This document shows, piece after piece, positions 37,708 through 49,849 of a stretch of DNA of 64,000 bases. The notes under the pieces are model-generated. The model was not told the DNA's origin and did not search any database. It saw nothing but the letters and a program-made list of their open reading frames with translations. The position numbers and the translations under genes were made by a program. Each line of letters opens with the position of its first letter. Position 1 is the stretch's first letter. Origin of the DNA: Mobula hypostoma (Eukaryota); NCBI RefSeq assembly GCF_963921235.1, contig NC_086097.1, positions 149,298,001 through 149,362,000 of the forward strand, written 5' to 3'.

Positions 37708-38439
37708 GTATGAAATTGTTTCTATATCTACTTTAGATAGGTGCAGGGATATTGAGGTAGGAATGAGATCATGATGCAGAACTTAAGTTTTAAAAGCCCT
37801 CAGATTTTTGAGTGACTAGCAATAAATGCTTGATACTTTAAATATCTACTGCTGTATTTAGTTAAGTTTTTTTCATTCATTGAACAGACAATACATCAAT
37901 TTATTTCAGTTGCTTGATTTATATCATGCCTTGAAAGTGAACTTAAACACTGAAATGACAATATAATTCTCTGTGATTGTTCTGTCATTCAGTGAGATGA
38001 TGACCAATCTGCAACCTAACATTATGTGTCTGCCTCTCTTCCAGATTTCTTCATGCAGTTGATTAACAAAAATTCTCATTTGATTTTAATATTAGATTGT
38101 TGAAGTATCTTACAAGCTATGTTCAGTTTTAGATGAAATACTATCTTCATCTTCAGTACAAAAATTTCTTAATTTGATTCTGTGGGGGAGAGGGGGTGGG
38201 GGAGCTAGCACGGCAGAAGGCACATGCATTTTGTTTAATTTATGGCAAAAGGATATGCTTTTATGCACTTTTATTGCCTCAGCATTTTACAGCTCATGGA
38301 GTCTTTCCTCAGTCTGAATTTTCCTCAAAGTTTTTTTCTTAATTCCTTTCTGTTCCTTCCAAGGAATAATTTAAATCTATCTCCTGAAATTATCGATCCC
38401 TTTGTTTCTCATAATTTAACACATCTAATTAAAGCAAAG

Positions 38440-39460
38440 CAAGTAACCTCCTTGATAATCGTGCCTTAGTACTGTTTTCACATCTTTACTGGAAAGTGGT
38501 GACCAGAACTGTGCACGTTATGGTAGCTATGGCACAACTGATGCTTTATATAATTGTAGTGTGTGCTTCCTGGTTATAAAAACAAATACCCCTGATGCCT
38601 TTTTAACGTTCTTATATATCTGTACTCCTGCTTTCTTAAGATCTGAGGAGTACACACTCAGTTTCTTTGCATAGTTTTTTATGCTCCCTTTTATTGTGTT
38701 TGCCATCATTAAATACTTGGCAATAAATGGCAAATTAAAAATTAATGCCCCCCTTCTTCCCTTGTCTATCATATTCATTACTGGAGTCCATAATTTCCTT
38801 TCCTTCTAAAAAATTTACAATGCCAATTTTTGTATCATTTGCCTCATGACTCCCAAAAGTTAAGTCTAGATTATTAATAAAAATAGCAAAAAACAAGAGA
38901 TTAAATAAAAGCAGCACTGAACAGTGTTTTGCCTGCTAATTACTAAAACTCCCATTATTACTTTTTCCAGCTGAGCCAGATTCAAAGCAAATCTGCTACT
39001 TCCTATTGAATCCATTGGGTGTCACAATTCTAACCAATATGGATGTTTGATTTTGTTAAAAGTCTTGCTAATATTCATGGAGAATATATGCATCATATGC
39101 ACTGCCTTCCTTGCATCTTAACAAAAGTACTTATCAAATGTAAGGTTCCCTAACATTCTTCGATTAATTTGTCTTTCAAAATACTAATTAATGACAAACC
39201 TTTGGGATTTTTTTCCAGCAATTTACTCATGAAAAATGTTAACCTGACTTGTATGTAGTTTCATGGTCCAAACCTTTCTTGCCTTTTAAATAACAATGGT
39301 TATAGTTTTCCATTCCTTTGCCACTCTCTGCAATTGGAAAATGATAATGGAGCTTTGGCACTTGCCTGTTTTGAGTCTGGCGTGAACTATATCAGGGCCT
39401 AGTGTTTAATCCACTTTTAAAGGACAAGGCCATTTATTATGTCTTCCCCAACTGTGTTTA
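38440..39460 (-). mobile_element. Old CR1 fragment
   Basis: Degenerate FAIFINNLD...ANDTKIG and gtgaccagaactgtgca motifs. Confidence 0.55.
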
Positions 39461-39550
39461 TCATTCACAAGATTTGTTATGCTTCCTCAATGTCAGTGTC
39501 AGAAATCCTTAACCTATCTGGAAACTGACAAAATATTCATGTGGAAGAAA

Positions 39551-40597
39551 CGAAGAAATCTGCAGATGCTGGAAATCAAAGTAAGACACACAAAATGCTA
39601 GAGGAACTCAGCAGGCCAGGCAGCATCTATGGAAAAGAGTATAGTCAGTGATTTAGGCCGAGACACTTCATTAAGACTGGAAAAAAAAATTAAAAGTCAG
39701 AACAAGAAGGTGGGGAGAGGAGATGAAGTAGTACCTGGTAGTAGATGATAGGATGATAGATGAAACCAGGAGAAGGGGAGGTGTGAAAAAAAGAGCTGAG
39801 AAGTCAATTGGTGAAAGAGATAAAGGGCTGCAGAAGGGGAAATCTGATGGGAGAAGGCCACAGAAGAAAGTGAAGGGGGAGGAGCACCAGAGGTGGTGAT
39901 GGACAGTAAGGAGATATGGTGAGAGAGGAAAAGGGGAAAGGTGAGGGGTGGTGGGGGGCGGCATTAACAGAAGTTCGAGAAATCTATGTTCATGCCGTCA
40001 GGTTGGAGGCTAAGCAGATGGAATATAAGGTGTTGCTCCTCCAATCTGAGTAGGCTATGGATTGGCATACGGGAATGACAAGTAGAATTGAAATGGGTGG
40101 CCACTTGAAGATCCTGCTTTTTCTAGCGGATAGAGCATAGGTGCTTAGTGAGGTGGTCTCCCAATCTATGTCGGGTCTTGCTGATATACAGGAAGCCAAA
40201 CTGGGAGCACTGGATACAGTAGATGATCCCAACAGACTCACAGGTGAAGTGTCGCCTCAACAGGAAGGCCTGTTTGGGGCCCTGAATGGTAGTGAGGGAG
40301 GAGGTGCAGGGGCAAGTGTAGTGCCTTATATTCTGTCTGGGTAGTCTCCAACCTGATGGCATGAACATCGATTTTTTGAACTTCCAGTAGTACACCCCTC
40401 CCCTTCACCGTTCCCCATCTCCTTTTCCCTCTCTCACCTTATCTCCTTGCTTGCCCATTGCCTCCCTCTGGTGCTCCTCCCCCTTTTTCTTTCTTCCATG
40501 GCCTTCTGTCCTGTCCTATTAGACTCTCCCTTCTCCAGCCCTGTATCTTTCACCAATCAACTTACCAGGTCTTTACTTCATCCCTCCCCCCCCCCAC
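39551..40597. mobile_element. PLE with inverted pLTR arrangement
   Basis: Minus pLTR plus GIY-YIG (CESVGIIYCIQCSQFGFLYISKTRHRLGDHL) to about 40318, then a plus-strand copy of the same 3' region at about 40325-40597. Confidence 0.85.
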
Positions 40598-40601
40598 CTC
40601 T

Positions 40602-42000
40602 TCAGAATCAGGTTTATTATTACCAGCATGTGTCGTGAAATTTGTTAACTCAGCAGCAGCAGTTCAATGCAATACATAATATAGAAGAAGAAAAATAATA
40701 ATCATTTTAATGCATGTATTTCCAAATGATAATAAACAAGGACTGAGTGTCCTCATAATTAATCTAATAATAAAAATAAATTACAGTATATGTATATTAA
40801 ATAGATTAAAAAATCAAGCAAAAAACAAATAATATACAAAGTTTGTATGTTAAAAAGTCAGGTAGTGTTAACAGGTTCAGTCCATTTAGGAATCGGATGG
40901 CAGAGGGGAAGAAGCTGTTCCTAAATTGCTGAGTGTGTACTTTCAGGCTTCTGTACCTCCTACCTGATGGTAACAGTGAGAAAAGGGCTGCCTTTCTGAG
41001 ACACTGCTCCCTGAAGGTGTCCTGGGTACTTTGTAGGCTAGTGCCCAAGATGGAGCTGACTAGGTTTACAACCTTCTGCAGCTTCTTTCAGTCCTGTACA
41101 GTAGCCCCTCCATACCAGACACTGATGCAGCCTGTCAGAATGCTGTCCACGGTACAACTATAGAAGTTTTTGAATGTATTTATTGATATGCCAAGTCTCT
41201 TCAAACTCCTAACAAAGTATAGCCGCTGTCTTGCCTTCTTTATAACTATATTGATATGTTGGGACCAGGTTAGATCCTCAGAGATCTTGATACCCAGGAA
41301 CTTGAAACTGCTCAATCTCTCCACTTCTGATCCCTCTATGAGGATTGGTATGTGTTCCTTCGTCTTACCCTTCTAAAGTCCACAATCAGCTCTTTCACCT
41401 TACTGATGTTGAATGCCAGGTTGTTGCTGTGGCACCACTCCACTAGTTGGCATATCTCACTCCTGTGCACCCTCTCGTCACCACCTGACGAGGATGGTAT
41501 TTGAGCTATGCCTAGCCCCACAGTCATGGGTATAGAGAGAGTAGAGCAGTGGGCTAAGCACACACCCCTGAGGTGCATCAGTATTGGTCATCAGCGAGGA
41601 GGATATGTTATCACCAATCCGCACAGATTGTGGTCTTCTGGTTAGGAAGTCGAGGATCCAATTGCAGAGGGAGGTACAGAGGCCCAGGTTCTGTAACTTC
41701 TCTGTCAGGATTATGGGAATGATGGTACTAAATGCTGAGCTATAGTCGATGAACAGCATTCTGACGTAGGGGTTTGTGTTATCCAGATGGTCTAAGGCTG
41801 TGTTGAAGAGCCATTGAAATTGCATCTGCCATTGACCTATTGTGGCAATAGGTAAATTGCAATGGGTCCAGGTCCTTGCTGAGGCAGGAGTTCAGTCTAG
41901 TCATGACCAACCTCTCAAAGCATTTCATTGCTCTAGGTGTGAGTTCTACCGGGCAATAGTCATTAAGGCAGCTCTTCTTAGGTACTGGTATAATTGTTGC
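40602..42000 (-). mobile_element. Rex1/Babar-like LINE
   Basis: [35 protein letters not shown] and FKFLGIKISEDLTW motifs. Tail tcagaatcaggtttatt. Confidence 0.9.
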
Positions 42001-42001
42001 C

Positions 42002-42690
42002 TACTCCTCAGCTTTTAAACCTATTCCTCTGCTTTTTTTTCTCCAGTCCTGCCAAAGGGTTTCGGCCTGAAACGTCAGTGTTGATGGTGGAGGAAGGAAA
42101 GTCCCTTTCTTTAAAGGAGGAGGTCATGTCATGAGTTCTGGAATGAAAAGCCTGATCCCAAGAGCAGATGCAGTGGAGACAGAGGAATTGAGACAAGGGG
42201 ATGGCGTTTACAAGTGACAGGGTGGGAAGAGGTAGTGGGTTTATTAAATATATCTGTGGATAAACTCTCCAGAGATAGAGACAGAGATCAAGAGAGGGGA
42301 GGGAGGTGTCAGAAATGGACCAAGTAAATTTGAAGCAGGGTGGAAGTTGGAGGCAAAGTTGATGAAGTCGACAAGCTCGGCAAGGGTGCGGAAGCAGTAC
42401 CAATACAGTCGTCGATGTAGTGTAGGAAAAGTTGTAGAGTGATACTGGTGCAGGCTTAGAACATAGACTATTCCATGTAGCCAACAAAAAGGCAGGTATA
42501 TGTATTTGGGACCCATGTGAGTGCCCATGTTGAGTGAGTGCCAACCTTTTGTTTGAGGGAAGTGAGTGGAACCAAAGGAGAAATTGAATGAGGAGCAGTT
42601 CTGCCAGATAAAGGAGAGTGGTATTGAAGGGGAACCAGCTGTGTCTAGTGTCCAGAAAGAAGCAGAGGGCTTTGAGGTCTTCCTGATGGG
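42002..42690 (-). mobile_element. PLE RT fragment preceded by a short inverted pLTR piece
   Basis: Minus ORFs MGTHMGP.Y and ELVDFINFASNFHP. A plus-strand pLTR piece at 42002-42076 ends in gaaacgtc. Confidence 0.8.
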
Positions 42691-42979
42691 GGATTCATTT
42701 GGACTTTGTACTTCCAAATTTGTTTCACCATTTTGGTTTCTAATATCCCTTGTTTCCTCCTTCCCCTTGCATTTGTTAAAAAATAAATTAGTGTTTTCTT
42801 CTACCAGCCCATATTTTTTGTGAACTTTCTTTATCTTTCTTTACCTATGAAGTCCTGCTTGGTACTTCTGTCCACCTCTAAGCAGTATTGAGCTTCCTGT
42901 ATCAATCTCAAAGTTATTTAATTTTTCACTATATTTCTCAAAATCCATGAGAAGTTATATTTGTGACTTCCCAATTTGT

Positions 42980-44975
42980 GAATTTTCCTGTGGTAAGCAT
43001 GTACTGTGATTCAACTGGGTCCTGTAAATCACATAACTAGGAGTGTAGATAGGGCTTTAGAGTAAATTTTAAAGAGAAGTATGGAAACGTATGGATAACA
43101 CAAAAGAGAAGACTGCAAGAGAGGTTACTTATGTCTCCAGAATATAAAAAATATATAAAGAGATAATTTAACTTTTTATCTTCAAGCAACATGGAGATAT
43201 ATTTGTGAAGAGGAGTGGTGAATACAGGACTGAAAGTATTGTATTTGAATGCAAGCAGTTTATGAAACAAGGTATATAAGCTCATAGTGCAGTTAGAAAT
43301 TGACAGGTACGATAATGTGGGCATCAGAGGTGTGGCTGAGAAAAGATCACAGCTGGCAGTTAAAAGCCCAAGAATCAGAAGATGCAGAAATTTTGTGGGT
43401 AGAATTGAGAAGCCTCAAGGGTAAAAGGTAACCTGATAGCAGATAGATTCAGATCTCCAAATAAGATGTGTAGTTTAAATTACGTTAAGGCATGCAAGAA
43501 AGGCAATATTATGGGTTTATGGACAACTTCAATATGCTGTTAAACTGGGAAAATCAGGTTGGCACTGGATCCCAAGAGAAGTAATTTGTAGAATACCTGT
43601 GAGATGGCTTTTTTGAGCAGCCTGTAATCAAGCTCACTTGGGTAAAGGCAATTCTGGCTTTGGTGTCGTGCAATGAACCAAGTTGAGCTTAAGGTAAAGG
43701 AACTCTGAGGAGGCAATGATCTTAATATATAATTCACTCTGCAGTGTGAAAAGGAGAAGCTCAAGTGCAATGTGTCAGTATTATAGTTGAGTAAAAGTAG
43801 CTTCAGAGGCATAAGAGAGCAGCTGGCTAACATTGGTGGGAAAAGGACTCTATCAGAGATGATGGCAGAGCAGGAATGGAAGCATTCCTGGGAGTAATTT
43901 TAGAAGATCGTGATCACTTCATCCCAAATAAGCAGCATTCTAAAGGGAAGGTGATGCAACCATGGCTGATCAGAGAAGTCAATGATAGTATAAAAGCATA
44001 AGAGGAGGAATACAGGATGAAAATATAGATGGATGGTTTAGTAAGTCTGCAGATGATTTGAAGATTGGTGGTGTTATGGATAGTTTGAAAGATTGGCAAA
44101 TAATACGTCGGAATAACCATTTGATGTTTCAGGCTGAGACCCTTCATCAGGTGTGATGAAGGACCTCTGCCCGAAATGTTGATTGTTTATTCCCATCCAT
44201 AGATGCTGCTTTACCTGCTGAGCTCCTTCAACACAATGTTTCCAGCATCTGCAGTGCCTCTTGTGTCTAAAGAATGCATCGGGTTATAGATCAATTACAG
44301 ATATGGCAGCTGGAGTTTAACCTGGCCATATGTGAAGTGTTGCACCTTGGTTGGTCAAATGTAAAGTGAAAGTAGTACACTGTTAAGGGAAGACTCTTAA
44401 GTGCTGATGAGCAGAGAGATCTTGGGGTCCAAGTTCTTATTGCCTGAAAGTGGCTGCGCAGGTTGGTTAAGAAGGCATAAGGTATGCTTGCATGCAATAC
44501 ATAGGTTGAGGCATTGAGTTCAAATGGAAATTATGTTGCAGCTATATGGAACGCTAGTTAGGTAGACCTCATCTGGAGTATTGCGTACAGTTCTGGTCAC
44601 CCCGTTGTAGGAAGGATGTCGAGGCTTTGGAGAGGGTATGGGCAAGGTTTACCAGGATTAGAGGGCATGCGCTATAATGAGACATTGGACAAACTTGGGT
44701 TGTTTATGCTGAAGTGGCGGAAGCTGAAGGGGAGATCTGATAGAGGTTTATAAGGTTATAAAAGGCATAAGAGTTGACAGGCAGTAACTTCCTCCAGGGT
44801 TACAATGTAGAATACCAGATGGCATGTAAAGACTGGGAAGCTGAAAGGTCTGAATGTAGATAAATGACCTGTACCAGATGGACTACACCCCAGTATTCTG
44901 AAAGAGACAGTTGAAGAGATTGTGGAGACTTTATGAGTGATCTTTTAAGAATCATTAGATTCAGAAATGGGCGCA
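42980..44975 (+). mobile_element. Decayed CR1 fragments
   Basis: Endonuclease-start and 3' motifs similar to 33900-35300 (gtatttgaatgca, ctggagtattgcgtacagttctggtcacc). Confidence 0.7.
44121..44151 (-). ncRNA. Hammerhead-like motif in a PLE-derived piece
   Basis: Minus strand c-CTGATGA-a-ggg-tctcag-cct-GAAA-C-ATC. The core nucleotides are present, but stems I and III are damaged. Confidence 0.45.
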
Positions 44976-46083
44976 GTAAAGTTTGAATCAGGCAAAAATT
45001 AATTTGCTCATTTCTGGCTGATTCTATTAATTATTTAAGGATTTGTGACATGGAAGTCTGCATTAAACTTATTACAGTTTGTGTTGTTGGCAAATGACTA
45101 ATTTAGTTGTTTGGCCCCTGGTGCCATTTAATAAGATGATGAATGTTATTGTACCTTAGTGGCACTTTATTGCATTAAGCCCATATCTCTTAATTTGTGA
45201 AAATCTATGAATCTTGTATTGAACCTACTCTGCAACTAAGCCTCACCACCCTCCTAGGTAGTGAATAACAGATTCACAATATTCTGCTTGAATAAATCTC
45301 TTTTCATCCTTTTTGAGTGGCTAATCCCTTATGTTGAGGATGTGACCCATGGTTCTAAACACAACAACTGAGAGGACTTATTGGTTATGCATAATTAGCG
45401 TAGCCTTCAGTTTCTTCTGGTACCTTCCGGAGTGCTTCAGGGGAAGGTGAGGATTATCCAGTTGGCTTTTTTTTACATCAGCCAGGTAGTACTTTGATTG
45501 TTTACTAGAGTGAGTATTGATATGAAATTCCCTCTGAAAATATTTTTTAAATTTCTGGTCCCTTGAATGCAGAATGTTTTGAGGCAGTGATAATAATATG
45601 ATAGTATTCCATAGATGCTGCCTGGCCTGCTGAGTTCCTCCAGCACTGTGTGTGTGTGTGTTGCTTGGATTTCCAGTATCTGCAGATTTTCTCTTGTTTG
45701 TGATAAAATTCTCCGTGCAGTTTAGAGAGAGAAGTTGAGATCAGATGTGTCAGTATTACAGTGGAGTAAAGCAATCTGCATGGGCATGAGAAAGGAACTG
45801 GCCGAAGTTGATTGGAAGAGGATACTAGTATTGGTTAACAGTAATGGTTTGATTCCACCCGTTTTCAGTTGTTTTTCAACTCAATGAAAATGTTCCCGGA
45901 AGCAGCCAGTAACCCTGCTGTGTTGAGACTCAGAACTGGCAAATTATGTCTGCTCAATGACAGATCTTCAAAATGTGCTGAAACCTCTGAGGAACCTGAA
46001 ATCTAAATGTTAGATGATTCCAATATGAATCATTTAACAAACTCTTCTCTTTAATTTGTTTTGTTTTTTTTTACACTCCATAG

Positions 46084-46182
46084 AGTTTAAGGTAGCATTG
46101 GACACCCCCAGTTCAATTTCTGAAGTGCTTGTGCAAGATGATGTCTGGACTTTGGAACTGAATAAGGGCCCTGACTCACAAG
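46084..46182 (+). other. Candidate alternative or poison exon of PHF20L1
   Basis: Long T-rich tract plus ccatag| and caag|gttaag. 99 nt, open in phase 1 (EFKVALDTPSSISEVLVQDDVWTLELNKGPDSQ) but with a stop at codon 4 in phase 0. No homology recognised. Confidence 0.4.
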
Positions 46183-46922
46183 GTTAAGCAAATGGGTAAA
46201 GATTTGCAATTGAAGGAAAATGCAGGTTAATGTGAGGTTGCTTTAGTAAGAAGGATTTTTAAAAATATATCATTCAAGTGAAGAAAGACCACCTACCAAA
46301 AGCTGGTATGCCGAAGGGTGTGGATATTCTTGAACATAAAATGCAAATATATAATGTGGCAAAAAATTGAGAAGGATAGTAGAACGTTGGTCTTTAGTGC
46401 AAAGGGGGTTCAGTATAAAGTATAATGAAGTTTGATTTCCACTGTACAGGGCATGAATGCAACCATTCCTACAACACAGTATGCAGCTTTGATCCTTTTA
46501 TGTAATGAATGTACTTGCACTAGAGGCACTTCAAAAAAAAAAGTTTTTCTAGCTTGATTCCTGTGATGAAAGGAGTGTTATATTAGAAAATGAGTAGAAA
46601 CCTTTCCTTCAGAGGATAGTGTATCTTTGGAATTTTCTGCCTTAAGGACTTGTAGATATTGCTTAAGGGCCATATTTGTGGCTTATTGATGTGAAAAGAT
46701 TTACAGAAATCAGGTAGGAGATGGTCCTGAAGCCATGATCAAAGCACCTTTAATCTTACTGAATGGCTGAGCAGACTCAAAGGCCATATAACCTTTTTCT
46801 GCTCTTATTATTTCTTAGGTTCTTAATACTATCAGTCTTTAGCCATCTATTTCTTACTATTTTATCTGATCTAATGGTGTAATATATCACCTGGGGGAAA
46901 GAAAAAATACTAGGCTCAAGTA

Positions 46923-47163
46923 AACACGAGGAAATCTGCAGATGCTAGAATTTCAAGCAACACACATAAAAATTGTTGGTGAACGCAGCAGGCCAGGCAG
47001 CATCTCTAGGAAGAGGTACAGTCGACGTTTCGGGCCGAGACCCTTTGTCAGGACTAACTGAAAGAAGAGATAGTAAGAGATTTGAAAGGGGGAGGGGGAG
47101 ATCCGAAATGATAGGAGAAGACAGGAGGGGAGGGGTGGAGCTAAGAGCTGGAAAGTTGAGTTA
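46923..47163 (-). mobile_element. 5'-truncated PLE pLTR
   Basis: TSD aggctcaagta at 46912-46922 and 47164-47174. The hammerhead motif at 47020-47055 has CTGACAA (G8 to A). Confidence 0.88.
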
Positions 47164-47434
47164 AGGCTCAAGTAGTCCTTTCTGGCAATGTGAATCACCG
47201 TACATTTTTCCATATTATATCTCCACCTGCCGGATGGTTATCATGAATTACCCTATCCGTATTCCTCCATACTTGAGAAGTTTTTTTGCATTCTTTTCAC
47301 AACTCAGATTGCTGTTCATCTTTGTAGCTGCCACTAATTTGGATATGTTTTACTTAGTCCCTACCATCAAATCTTTACTACAGTGATTTCAGGGCCTCAG
47401 CATCAGTCACTGTGCCACGTAACATAATAGTGAT

Positions 47435-48834
47435 GCAACACACACCAAATGCTGGTGGAACGCAGCAGGCCAGGCAGCATCCATCTATCGGAAGAAGTAC
47501 AGTCGATGTTTCGGGTTGACACCCTTTGTCAGGACTAACAGAAAAAAGAAATACTAAGATATTTGAAAGTGGGAGTGGGAGGGGGAGACCCGAAATGATA
47601 GGAGAAGACAGGAGGGGGAGGGATGAAGCCAAGAGCTGGGAGGTTGATTGGCAAAAAGGATACAAGGCTGGAGAAGGGGGAGTATCATGGGACGGAAGGC
47701 CTTGGAAGAAAGAAAGGGGGAGGGGAGCATCAGAGGAAGATGGAGAACAGGCAAGGAGTTATTGTGAGAGGGAAAGAGAGAACAAATAAATAAATAGATA
47801 AATTAGGGATGGTGTAAGAAGGGAAGGGGGATGTTTCTCCATAACTTCCACGATCTCCAATGGGATCCCACCACCAAGCACATTTTTCCCTCACCACCAA
47901 TTTCTGCTTTCCGCAGGGATTGCTCCCTGCATGACTCCCTTGTCCATTCGTCCCCCCCATCCCTTCCCACCGACCTCCCTACTGGCACTTATCCTTGTAA
48001 GCGGAACAAGTGCTACACCTGCCCTTATACTTCCTCCCTCATCACCATTAGGGCCCCAGACAGTCCTTCCAGGTGAGGTGACACTTCACCTATGAGTCTG
48101 CTGGTGTGATATATTGTACCTGGTGCTTCCAAGTGTGGCCTTCTATATGTTGGCGAGACCCGAAGCAGACTGGGAGACCTCTTCGCTGAACACCTACGCT
48201 CTGTCCGCCAGAGAAAGCAGGATCTCCCAGTGGCCACACATTTTAATTCCACGTCCCATTCCCATTCCGATATGTCAATCCATGGCGGCCTCTACTGTCG
48301 AGGTGAAACCACACTCAGGTTGGAGGAACAGCACCTTATATTCTGTCTGGGTAGCCTCCAACCTGATGGCATGAACAGTGACTTCTCTAACTTCCGTTTA
48401 TGCCCCTCCTCCCCTTCTTACACCATCCCTAATTTATTATTTATTTATTTGTTTGTTTTCTCTCTTTCCCTTTCACAATAACTCCTTGCCTGTTCTCCAT
48501 CTTCCTCTGATGCTCCCCTCCCCCTTTCTTTTTTCCAAGGCCTTCCATCTCATGAAACTCCCCCTTCTCCAGCCATGTACCCCTTTTGCCAATCAACTTC
48601 CCAACACTTGGCTTCACTCTTCCCCCTCCTGTCTTCTCCTATCATTTCGGGTCTCCCCCTTCCCCTCCCACATTCAAATCTCTTACTATCTCTTTTTTCC
48701 GTTAATCCTGACGAAGGATCTCGACCCGAAATGTCGACTGTACTTCTTCCTATAGATGCTGCTTGGTCTGCTGCGTTCCACCAGCATTTTGTGTGTGTTG
48801 CTTGAATTTCCAGCATCTGCAGATTTTCCCGTGT
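47435..48834 (+). mobile_element. PLE with GIY-YIG region and ~400-bp inverted pLTRs
   Basis: 15-bp TSD taacataatagtgat at 47420-47434 and 48835-48849. Inverted pLTR at 47435-47830. The plus body has PTGTYPCKRNKCYTCPYTS, LYVGETRSRLGDLFAEHLRSV and LEEQHLIFCLGSLQPDGMN, followed by the pLTR. Confidence 0.93.
48704..48739 (+). ncRNA. Minimal hammerhead ribozyme, core intact, stems weakened
   Basis: aatc-CTGACGA-a-gg-atctcgac-cc-GAAA-T-GTC-gact. Confidence 0.6.
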
Positions 48835-49581
48835 TAACATAATAGTGATCTGTTATATAAATTAACCAATCTTTAATGCATTTCATTATATTTTCACAAT
48901 CCATGTGCTGTGATTTTAAGTTTTTGTGTGGCTCTTTATTGAAACAAGAACACTAGATCATGGTCTAATTTGTAAATACCATAATCCAGAGTGGCAATAC
49001 TATGCAAATATCCTTGAATTTGATTTTACCTCCATTCTGAATAATGCAACAGTTAGGGTGCTGCGACTGGCCTCAATGATGATTGTCTTAGAAAAATAGT
49101 ACCCGAGGTTCACAGTCCTGATTAATAATTTATCAATGTGTGAGAGTGAAAGTACCTGGACATGGTTCAAAATGCCAGCTCAGGTGCATAACATTACATC
49201 CTCCATTTTAAAAATTGGAGGTGTGTAATAGCATTTGGTCTTGCAAATTGAATCATATTTGCTTTCCTATTTACCTAATCCAAAAATAATCATTTTTTCT
49301 ACTGTAAAAAGACAATTTTTCACATTTAACCCAAAACATAATTTGGAAATGTTTCCATAATTTATCAGTAAGTGTTAATGCATAGTTGGGATTAATCCAC
49401 TTTGTACTATTGGCATACAACTTAAATTGATATTGATTTTCATTTTAATATGCCTGGTTTAATTTGAATTAGTACTTTAAAAGTGAAGCTATCACTAATA
49501 ACATCATAAGATGTGGTATTATTGTTGCTATTCCGAGGAGATTATCACATAGTTAATTGTTGCCTTTAATTTTTTTTACAG

Positions 49582-49849
49582 CTGTTGCCCTCTCTTACCT
49601 CTGACCAGCTGAAGGCTGAAGTGAGCAGTGATGAATCCTGTCCTCTGAATCAAAAAAGAGATCCACTCTCTTCAACTCCATCTGTGGTTAAACTCCAAAC
49701 AGGGAAGACAAAGGCCGAGAATCCATCCTGGAACATAAAGGCTTCAGATCCTTCTCCTATCCCAACTGTACCTCAGGGCAAGGAGTTCCACAATATACAA
49801 TTTCCTCAGACATTACCCCCACCTCCACCTTCAGATATCCCTCAGACTG
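49582..49849 (+). CDS. PHF20L1: PHF20L1 coding exon (disordered linker), phase 0 to 1
   Basis: Acceptor ttttttttacag|, donor |gttagt. 268 nt, open only in phase 0: LLPSLTSDQLKAEVSSDESCPLNQKRDPLSSTPSVVKLQTGKTKAE...PPPPPSDIPQT. Phase matches the preceding exon, with weak similarity to human [23 protein letters not shown] (recalled). Confidence 0.85.
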
